From positions 62,001 through 126,000 of the forward strand of contig QPMI01000533.1 in the NCBI GenBank assembly GCA_004431415.1: a DNA stretch of 64,000 nucleotides. The letters are read 5' to 3'. This document shows, in pieces, positions 25,598-35,643 of this stretch. This DNA is from Cyanophora paradoxa CCMP329. Lineage: Eukaryota > Plantae > Glaucophyta. The translations under genes and the position numbers were made by a program. A model generated the notes under the pieces. The model did not search any database, was not told where the DNA came from, and saw only the letters and a list, made by a program, of their open reading frames with translations. Within the stretch, counting starts at the first letter, position 1; every line of letters starts with the position of its first letter.

Positions 25598-27304
25598 CGC
25601 TCCCTCTCTCGATCGCACTGGCGCAGTTGACCCGGACTTGATTGCGGACGTACTACGGTACCCCACTGCAGCCGCAGGCAGCAGGCAGCGCGCGGGGGGC
25701 CCCGCCTGAACTAGGCCTAAACGCGCGCCGCGGCGCCGCGGCGCAGGTTGACCGGATTTTTCCGGTCAACTCTTTCACGAGATCGAGAGCGCACGGCGGG
25801 ACGCGAACGAAGGGCCGCTGCGGTACGGGGAGCTGGCAGGGCTCGCTCGAGCGCTGTTGCAGGCCGTACAAGATGGCTCCGAGCACTTTGAACATCCTGC
25901 TGAAGCGGCTTCGGCGGGCGCGACTGGCTGCGGCTGCCGCGCGGCATGTCGTCGGGTGGGGCACGGCGCAGCGCGTCGCGTCGCGAGAGAGGAGAGCCGC
26001 GTTGCAGCTTTGAGCACACGTAGAGCTCTTCTGGCCGGGAGCTTTGCAGCCTGCGCCGGCACTGCGTATGGCGGGTGCAGCGGATCCGGAAGGAGCGAGT
26101 GGTATGATCGATATATCGAGCGTCCCTCGTAATGCCGCAGGTGCCTGCAACTCGCGGGCGTGCGAGGTAAGAAGCGCCGCTGCATTCGTTCGTGTCGGCC
26201 ACGCTGATTATGACTTGCAGCGCCTGCCCAGCCCGGCCCCGGGCGAGTTGGTATGCGGGGGCGCCGCGAGCATCCGCTTCTGGAGCGATAATCAGCGCTT
26301 GAGCTGAAAAGGGGGCGCCGCGGGAGGTGGGGCCGCGAGCTCGCGCGTCTCCCCTCATGATCAGCGGACGCCCGGCCCGCGGCCCAACACGGCTTGAGCT
26401 CCTGCCGGAGGCGCGGGGCTGGCGGTCCGCGCCCCGCGTCGTCTCAGGCCGCGGGTGCGCGCCGTGGACTCGGAAGCCGCCCTTTCCGCCTGGCCGCCGA
26501 CGTCGCCGGTGTGATCAGTTGCCCACCAGTCCCTCCCGCCCCGCCCCGCCGCGGCGCAGCTGGAGGGCCTGGACTCTGGGGCGCACGGTCGTGGCCGACG
26601 GCTGCCGGGCCCCGCTGGGGCGGCGTGCAGGCCCGAGGCGCGTCGGCTCCGGTCCTCTGCACGAGTACGGCTTTTTCGCTGTCCGCCGCTGCCGCCGCAC
26701 CGGCCCCCGCCCCATCGACCTTCGCCGCCGCCGCCGCCGCCTCCGGATCGTCCCGCGCGCCACACGCACGGGGCCGCGATCGGCGGGGTGCCCCCGGCCG
26801 CGGCGCGCCCCGGACCGCTTCCTCCTCCTCCTCGGGCCGGCCGGGCCGGTGGGGGGCCTTACTTATTCGGCAGTGCATTCGGCATGATGCCGCGATCAGC
26901 AGGCGCCCCCGGCGCGCCCCGGACCGCTTCCTTCTCCTCCGATCCTCGGGCCGGCGCCGGCCATGTCGGTGGGGGGCCTCACTTATTCGGCAGTATACGT
27001 AGTACTAGCTAGCTTGTGCACATGCCGTGTCAAAATTGATGTTCTGCACAGAATTGAAGCCTATTTCATTTGCTCGAATTCAAAGCCCAAACGAGAATAT
27101 TGCATTCCGACAACGTTAACACAAAAAAGCTCGGACCCCCAACAGCAGCGTTTTTCAGCTGCTGGCTAGGGGTATGTGAACGGGAGGGGGGACCTGTAGT
27201 CACGGCCTGGCGGGGCCGGGACTGCAGAACGCCACGCATGTTCACTGGTGTGCAAGCAATCCGTTGCCTGCGCCAAGTTCATCGGGCGAAGGGGCAGCAC
27301 AAGC

Positions 27305-28235
27305 CTATAATGCGCACCGAAGTGATCGGCGTTGGCGGCCAGGCTCACCTGCGCCATTTCCGACGCGGGATCGACGCCGGGGCCGGCCACCGCAGCGGGG
27401 AGCAGCTATCGGAGCGGTAGTCAGCGGACGTGCCTCGAAGAAGGCGGAGCGAAGCACTGCGACACGAACCGGCAGCGGGTTGCAGGCGAAAACCTGCATC
27501 TCCTCCGGCGCAAGGAGCGCGAACTGTTGAAACCGTTCAGACGGAGCGCGGGAGAAGACGAAAGGTAGAAGGGGGGGGGGGGCGGGGGGGGGGGGGGGGG
27601 GGGGGGGGGGGGTACGGGGGCGCACCGCCTCCAACATGCTGCGAACGAGCTGAAAGAACGCGGGCGGCAGTGACGCCTGCAGCGCCTGCAGGGTCTGCAG
27701 CGCCTGCACCGCCGGATGCGAAACCGGAACTTCCACTGAGCCGCCCTGGAGAGCAGATTCCAGGCCAAGCGTCGGCACTGCCGGCAACTGCATGCGGAAA
27801 CGGAAGTCATCAGATGGCACGAGCAGGGCCCGAGCCGGGATGCGCTCACCGGCTGCAACGACAGTGACGGGATCGGCGCGCCGTAGTTCAGACCACGACC
27901 GAGATCGGGACCAGGGCTCTGATCCCAGAGCGAGTCCAGCTGTCGAGAGAAAGGTGAGGGGGGCGGGGCGCGCTGGGCAAGGGCGGGGCGTGGGGGCCGG
28001 CTCACCGGGATCATTGGAGTTCCCGCGGGGTTGGACGAGAGGGTCCCTCCATCGGCGCCCCCGCCCTCAGCGCCCCCGCCAGCGCCCGCGAGCGCGCCCG
28101 CAGGCTGCTGCGGGCGGCGCGTCAGCGCGCTCTGCAGACGCCCCCGCACCGTACCCCGCACCGAGTTGGCCGGGGAAGACGACGAGGGCGGCGCGGGCGA
28201 GGAAGGGCCGTTGGCGCTCTCCCCATCGTACGAGC

Positions 28236-28266
<31 letters not shown>

Positions 28267-29660
28267 CGGCCGCCAACTCCCGCCGCCGCCGTCTCCTTCT
28301 CGCCCCCAGCCCCGCCGGCGCCGGCGGCTTCCCCCGCCGCCAACTCGCCACCGGCGCCGGCGCCCTGAGGCTACTCCGGCGCCGAGGCCTACGCCTCTCC
28401 GGGGCCGCCGGAGGCGCCGCAGCCACCGGGGCCGATGACGCCGCAGCCGTCGACTCGCTGTACGGCTGCAGCACTGCGCGCCACCTCCGCCGCCGCCTCG
28501 TCGCGGGCGCCAGCGCCCTGGCGTCACGCCGAGGCCGGCGCCGGCCGCTCCCGCGCCTTCTCCGGTCGCAGCGCCCCGCGGGTAAGGGGCGGGGGCGGGG
28601 GCGGGCCCTGAGGGAGGTCCCGAGGGCGGGGCGGGGGCGCCGCGCCGCCCTGCCCGCCGCACGCCCCGGTGCCGCCGCGCGCATCGGCGCCGCGCGCATC
28701 GGCGCCGGGGACCGGCCCCGGGCTGCGACGCGGCCCCGGCCCGACGCGCCCCCGCGACGCGGCCCCGGCCCGACGCGCGCGCAGCGGGCGGCCAGCGGGT
28801 GCGACAAGCAAGCCGCCCTCCGACCTCCGACGTCCGGGGACCGCGGGCCGCGCCGGGTGCGACGAAGCCTGCGGCGGGGCGGGGGCGCGGTCAGCCGGTA
28901 ATCCCGATCCTGAGGCGGGACCCGTTCACGCAGCCGGACGCACTCGTCGACGTCGCCAAGCTAAAGCCGGCCCGCACGCGCCAGCTGGCGCCGCGCGCGG
29001 AGCCCGCAGCGCGTCGGAGCAGCAGGCGCATCGCCTAACCGCGCGAGCGCCCCTCGGACGAGGAGAGCTTGCCGCGGCCGGCCGCTCCTCTGTAGGAGCG
29101 CCGCTCGCTGCGGTGGCGGCAAAAGGCTTAGAGGCCGGCAGGAGGAGCACGACCAAGCCCTGCGCGCACCAGAGCCGTCCAGCGAAGGCGTGCCGCGAGC
29201 CGGTCCTGCCCGTGCATGCGCAGGTGGCTGGCGGGCGGCATCTGCGAGGACGTTGCCTCGCAGCCCGCAGCGCCTTTCTGCGGCGCTCGCTCGAGGCCAA
29301 CGCACCGCTCTAGATCTGCAGCTCCTGCAGCATGACGCGCATGATGAGCGTGGCTGCGTGCGTCAACTGCACACAGCTATGGCTCCTTTGACGCCACGCC
29401 CGGGGCCTGTACGAGAGCGTAGAGCCCGCCCCCTTCAGGCTCTACGGGCTCTACCCCTCTACGGGCTTTACAGCCTCTACCCCTTCAGGGTAGAGCCCGT
29501 AGAGCGTAGAACCGGACTCTTTCACGAGAGCGAACGAAGGGCCCGCTGGTAGGGCTCGCTCGATCGCTGTTGCAGGCCGTAGAAGATGGCTGCGAGCACT
29601 TTGAACAAGCTGCTGAAGCGGCTTCGGCGGGCGCGAGTGACTGCGGCTGCCGCGCGGCAT
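27305..29660 (-). CDS. Array unit 4: chimeric orphan gene or pseudogene
   Basis: Diverged version of the shared 3' exons. The middle holds a different copied piece of the IFI44-like gene tail (VLQPYSESTAAAS..APVAAAPPAAP). Confidence 0.35.
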
Positions 29661-30929
29661 GTCGTCGGGTGGGGCACGGCGCAGCGCGTCGCGTCGCGAG
29701 AGAGAAGAGCCGCGTCGCAGCTTTGAGTCAGCCGCGTCGTAGGACTCCGCGGCCTGCGCCGGCACTGCGCATGCCGGGTGTGCGATCCTTGTTCGAGGCC
29801 CCAGCTACAGCGGAAGGAGCGACTGGCATGATCAAGCGTCCCTCGTAATGCCGCACGTGCTGTAGCTGGCGTGCATGCGAGGTAAGACGCGCCGCTGCAT
29901 TCGTTCGTGTCGGCCACGCTGAGTGCATTTGCAGCGCATGCCCAGCCCCGGGCGAGTTGGTATGCGGGGGCGCCGACAGCGGGCGGGCCCGCGAGCTCGC
30001 ACTTCTCCCCTCTGCGGACGCCCGGCCCAGCGCGGCTCGAGCTGGCCGTCCTCGCCCCGCGTCGTCTCAGGCCGCGGGTGCGCGCCGTGGAGCCGCCCTT
30101 TACGCCTGGCCGCCGACGTCGCCGGTGTGATCAGTTGCCCACCAGTCCCTCCCGCCCCGCCCCCGCCGCGGCGCAGCTGGAGGGCCTGGACTCTGGGGCG
30201 CAAGGTCGCGGCCGACGGCTGCCGGGCCCCGCTGGGGCGGCGTGCAGGCCCGAGGCGCGTCGGCTCCGGTCCTCTGCACGAGGACGGCTTTTTCGCTGTC
30301 CGCCGCTGCCGCCGTACCGGCCCCCGCCCCATCGACCTTCGCCGCCGCCGCCGCCGCCTCCGGATCGTCCCGCGCGCCACACGCACGGGGCCGCGATCGG
30401 CGGGGTGCCCCCGGCCGCGGCGCGCCCCGGACCGCTTCCTCCTCCTCCTCGGGCCGGCCGGGCCGGTGGGGGGCCTTACTTATTCGGCAGTGCATTCGGC
30501 ATGATGCCGCGATCAGCAGGCGCCCCCGGCGCGCCCCGGACCGCTTCCTTCTCCTCCGATCCTCGGGCCGGCGCCGGCCGTGTCGGTGGGGGGCCTCACT
30601 TATTCGGCAGTATACGTAGTACTAGCTAGCTTGTGCACATGCCGTGTCAAAATTGATGTTCTGCACAGAATTGAAGCCTATTTTATTTGCTCGAATTCAT
30701 AGCCCAAACGAGAATATTGCATTCCGACAACGTTAACACAAAAAAGCTCGGACCCCCAACAGCAACGTTTTTCAGCTGCTGGCTAGGGGTATGTGAACGG
30801 GAGGGGGGACCTGTAGTCACGGCCTGGCGGGGCCGGGACTGCAGAACGCCACGCATGTTCACTGGTGTGCAAGCAATCCGTTGCCTGCGCCAAGTTCGTC
30901 GGGCGAATTTCGAAGGGGGCAGCACAAGC

Positions 30930-31195
30930 CTATAATGCGCACCGAAGTGATCGGCGTTGGCGGCCAGGCTCACCTGCGCCATTTCCGACGCGGGATCGAC
31001 GCCGGGACCGGCCACCGCAGCGGGGAGCAGCTATCGGAGCGGTAGTCAGCGGACGCGCCTCGAAGAAGGCGGAGCGAAGCACTGCGACACGAACCGGCAG
31101 CGGGTTGCAGGCGAAAACCTGCATCTCCTCCGGCGCAAGGAGCGCGAACTGTTGAAACCGTTCAGACGGAGCGCGGGAGAAGACGAAAGGTAGAA

Positions 31196-31236
<41 letters not shown>

Positions 31237-31845
31237 CGCACCGCCTCCAACATGCTGCGAACGAGCTGAAAGAACGCGGGCGGCAGTGACGCCTGCAGCG
31301 CCTGCAGGGTCTGCAGCGCCTGCACCGCCGGATGCGGACCCTGAACTTCCACCGAGCCGCCCGGCACTGCGCATGCCGGCACTGCCGTCAACTGCATGCG
31401 GAAACGGAAGTCATCAGCTGGCGCGAGCAGGGCCCGATCGCGAGCCAGGGGGCGCTCACCGGCTGCAACGACAGTGACGGGATCGGCGCGCCGTAGTTCA
31501 GACCACGACCGAGATCGGGACCAGGGCTCTGATCCCAGAGCGAGTCCAGCTGTCGAGAGAAAGGTGAGGGGGGCGGGGCGCGCTGGGCAAGGGCGGGGCG
31601 TGGGGGCCGGCTCACCGGGATCATTGGAGTTCCCGCGGGGTTGGACGAGAGGGTCCCTCCATCGGCGCCCCCGCCCTCAGCGCCCCCGCCAGCGCCCGCG
31701 AGCGCGCCCGCAGGCTGCTGCGGGCGGCGCGTCAGCGCGCTCTGCAGACGCCCCCGCACCGTACCCCGCACCGAGTTGGCCGGGGAAGACGACGAGGGCG
31801 GCGCGGGCGAGGAAGGGCCGTTGGCGCTCTCCCCATCGTACGAGC

Positions 31846-31876
<31 letters not shown>

Positions 31877-32452
31877 CTCGCCCTCCTCTTCGGCGACCTC
31901 CTTTTCCGAGCCGGGGGCGTCCTCGTCCGCGTCCTCCGAGCCGTCGCCCTCGACCTCCTCCCAATCCTCGGACCCCTCCGGATCCGGATCACGTAGCAAG
32001 ACGATGTACTGCACTTCTGGGCTTACGGGGTACTTGGCGGGAACACGATGTAGAGTTCCTTGGCGGGAACACGTAGCAAGACGATGTACTGCACTTCTGG
32101 GCTTACGGGGTACTTGCCGTCGACGAGAGGAACTTCTCGAATGACATAGCTTCGCTCTGCGACGTACAACCCGGGCTGGAGCCGGGCGGTTAACGGAGCA
32201 CGCGGTTGAGGGTCGGGCGGCTCGCGCACTGGTGGTTGCGTTGTTGCATCTCGGCGCTCTTTCCTACGATTGCGCTTCTCATTGCGCTTGCACTTCTCGT
32301 CCTCCGTCGCGGGCTGCTTCTTCGCTGGCCGCTTCAATGCCGAGGACGCCGCCCGCTTCCCTCGAGCTCTCTGCGCTCCGAGAGATTAAACATGCTCCCA
32401 GATTCATACAGACAAACCCGCAGCGTACTGGCTTATCCGCTCCGTCTGCCAT
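30930..32452 (-). pseudogene. Array unit 5: diverged paralogue of the unit 2/3 gene, interrupted by an 80-bp-period duplication
   Basis: MADGADKP versus MTGGADKR, and YVIREVP...SPEVQYIVLL versus YVIRRVL...SPGVQYFTIL. The duplication at 31990/32070 shifts the frame unless it is spliced out. Confidence 0.45.
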
Positions 32453-32975
32453 CGCAGATGAAACGGACGGGTCAGGTGGCGGTCAAGTGCTTGTTCGAGT
32501 CGGCAGCAGCAGCATGCAGCTGCAATGACAATCAGTCAGCATCGTTAAGTCAGAAATAGGCAGGGCAAACATGATCAGTCAGTATCGTACCGCGTCGTAC
32601 CGCGTACATGCGCAGCTGGCTATAGCTACGTATACCCCTCCGATCGAGGCTCACTTGAAGTCACTTCCACTTCGAATTCAATTGCAAACATATATATACG
32701 TAGAATTGTATACGTACGTATCGAGGGACGGCGCGGGCGCCGGGTGGGGGCGGATCCGGACGGCACACAATTGCAAACTTTAACAAAGCTAGCAGGAATT
32801 CGAATACACACATCGCAAAAGCTACTAGCTATAGGCTAGTGCCAAAAAGGATGTGATATCGATCATGAGTCGACGTCGTGGGGATCGCGATCGTGAGGTG
32901 TGTGCGAATTCATTGTGAGATGTGTGCGAATTCATTATGAGATGTGACCGTGGAATTGAGGGCCAGAGCCGCCTC

Positions 32976-35538
32976 TTAGCCTGAAATGGCTGCAGCGTAA
33001 AGAGCTCGAGCGTGAAAGGGCCGTGAAAGGCGTGCAAGGCGTCGGAGCGCACCCATCGAGAGGAGCTCCATGAGCGTCCGCAGGTTGTCTACCCCGCGCG
33101 CGTCGTCCTCCCGCAGGCGCCCTTCGTAGTGCACGAGCCGCAGCACCGCCCGCCGCGGCGCCTTGACTGCGCAGCGCGCGAGTCAGCCACGACTCACGAT
33201 GAAACAAGAGCGGCTCACGAGGAGGGGACGGGGGAGGGGGGGGGGAGAGGGGGGGAGGGGGGACGGGGGGGAGGGGGGCGCATCACCGTTCAGGATGCCG
33301 GAGCCGTGGTCGACCGCGGTCGGGTAGTCATCGACCCTTGCGGCGTCGAAGCAGTTCCGAAGCACGACCAGGACGACCTCGATGTCCGATCCTGCGCCAA
33401 AAGTTGAGAATACGCGGGAAGGCATGCGCGGGAGAAGGACGTGCACCCCGGCGGATCGCGCGGACCGACTCCACGAGGGTGTCCGAGAGGCGCGAGCCCT
33501 GGGCGGTACCCAGGACGACGGCCGCGCCGCGCCCGGCACCGGCGCCTCCGTCGGGGGCGCCGGCCTTGAGCGGGCGCAGCTCGAAGGAGAAGCGGCCGCC
33601 GGCGAGGGACTCCATGAGGCGCACGGCCTGCTGCGCCACGCCGCCCTCGGCCGCCAGCGCCGACTCTGTCGCCAGGACCGGCACCACCGGCACACACGGC
33701 TTCGCCTTGGCTGGCACGCCGGCTGGGGGCGGAGCTGCCAGGGGCGCAGCAGCGAAGCGGACTGCCACGGCGCTTGCGGGCACGGCGGTGGTAGGTACGG
33801 CTGTTGGCGCCCGCGCGCCGCCAGAGAATGCGTTTCCGGGCGGCAGGCGGGGGCGAGCCGGGGACTGGCCACGCCGGTTCGTGACCCTGGCCGGGGCGCG
33901 CTGGGGCGAGGAAGTCCGGTTGGGAACAGTTGCAGGCGACCCGGGGCCCGGCGGGACGGACGGGAGATGGAGCACCTGGCCGAAAGCGCAAGGCAGGAAT
34001 CACGGAGGAGCGGGGGGAGGAGCGGGGAGGGCGCGCCGTTTCCACGACGGCGTCGATGGATGTAGAGATTGCGTTGGGGTCGACAGGCCACGGCAGCAGC
34101 GGCAGCTCGGGCCCGGTGCCGCGCATCGTCAGCGCCTCTCGCAGCGCACTCTGCTCGCCGTCCGATACGACGATGGCCTCGATCCGACGGGCCACCAGCT
34201 GCTTCCACGCGCGCGCAAGCACACCGACCTCCTCCGCGTCGGCGCCCGCGGCATGGATGAGGACGACCGCGGTCGCGTGCTGCATCGTTGGGTGCTCTGC
34301 TGCACTCGAGGCGGCGACAGGAACGGCATACAACCTGCGACCACATGTCAACGAGCGCGCAACCGCGAGGTCAGTGGGCGTCAGGAACCAGCGCGAACCC
34401 CCGGAAACGAAGAGCGTTCAGCAGAATGAAAGCCCGATCGCTTGCGCCGTTCCCGTAGACGATAACAATGGGCGGCCGAACGATGAGAACGTTGTTGATG
34501 TAAGAGCCTTCGACAGCGTACGGGCGGTCCTGGCACACAACGTAGTGCCCCCTGCCAGCTGCGTGCCGCATGAAGTCAGATACTTAGTAGTGCGTGTGGG
34601 ACAGCGGTCTGAACTGGCCTTCGATTTTGTACTGGTGCCGGCCGGTGGGGAGGAGCTCAAGAGCGACGTAGTCGCCGTGCTGATCGCGCTGCAGCACCAC
34701 CTCCGATCTCCAACCATCCCACGAGCCCTTGCAGGTTACTTGCTGGCCGGGCGGGCATGGACCCCTCCAGCGGAGCTCGGCTAGATAGCAAGGCGCTACG
34801 GGATCCGGCGGCATAACATGCACAGCCGGAGTCTGCGAGCTGAACAGGCTGCCCGTGATGTTGGTGAAACGGCGGACGCAGTCCGCCAGCTAAAGCTTCG
34901 CTGCCACACGACAGTCCGGCTGCGTCGAGAGACAGATCCATGTTCGGGTCTGGTGCCCCAGCAACGAACCACCATTATCGCGTACCCCGAGGCTCTGGTG
35001 CATTGGTGCAAATGGCCGGACAGGTGCCCCGCGGGTCTGGTGCCCCTCGCTGCCCTTTAAAGCGCGCTTCGCTCTTCTTTTGCTCTCCGCGCTCCGCAAC
35101 TTTTGCTCTAGATCTGGCAACCGCAACCGCAGCGATGACGGCAACCGCAGCGCAAGCTCTCGAACCGGCGCCTCTGGGCATCACGGGCCCGCCGGTCGAT
35201 CTCTGCCTCGTACGCCGATCGATCACTACCTCCCGCTTCTCGGTTTTCGTAACGCTTCTCGCAGGTCATTCCGGCGTATGGCACGTCCAAAAACCCAATA
35301 CTGAATACGTGCCGCGGCGTCTTGAGTCTTCTTGACTCGGGAAACACCTTAGCCGCCATCACGGCGTACGGCCCTGCACAGGTCACCCCCTGGAGCTCGG
35401 CCCTTGCAAGCCCGCAGAAGGCTAGAAAGCACCTGAATGACCTCCAGAGTGCGTTCCCGCTCTGTCAGTCATTGGCGCGCTCTCGGTCTGAGCGACCCAC
35501 ACAGATCAAGCCACCCAGCAGGCTGGCGCTGCCAACAT
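32976..35538 (-). CDS. CBM48 (AMPK-beta-type glycogen-binding) domain + TIR-like domain + shared alpha/beta domain; partner gene of pair 2
   Basis: ELRWRG...QVTCKGSWDGW...LPTGRHQYK...YINNVLIV (CBM48). PIVIVYG..DRAFILLNALRFRG..ATAVVLIH..IEAIVV (TIR-like). AAVVLGTAQGSR..LVESVRAI..DIEVVLVVLRNCFD..AVLRLVHYEG (shared domain). Start is 35538 or 35472. Confidence 0.65.
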
Positions 35539-35643
35539 AGTCGGCGGCATTCGCGAAGCGATCCGCACCTGCCAGCGCTCCTCGCGCCCCTCCTCCTCTA
35601 AGGTGCGCTTGTCCGTCGGAATGTTGTCTCTGCCAGATTAACA

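Larger units (their letters stand above)
14670..32460. repeat. Tandem array of five related units, about 3.6-4.5 kb each (last one partial)
   Basis: Anchor ATCCGTT..CTGCG.CAAGTTC at about 14670, 18235, 22753, 27258 and 30875. Units 2 and 3 (17999-22506 and 22507-27011) are nearly identical, with a 4505-bp offset over most of their length. Confidence 0.95.

Noticed and set aside
27570-27612. Poly-G/C length differences between array units (also 15002, 31196, 39918) as phase variation
   Set aside because: The tracts are intronic and homopolymer length is unreliable in assemblies.
14670-32460. Calling the array a Helitron or Pack-MULE
   Set aside because: Gene capture and tandem layout would fit, but I found no consistent termini, TIRs, TSDs or transposase. 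CTAG is too common here to be diagnostic.
34480-34790. AMPK/SnRK1 beta subunit
   Set aside because: Only the CBM48 domain is present; no AMPKBI C-terminal domain was seen.
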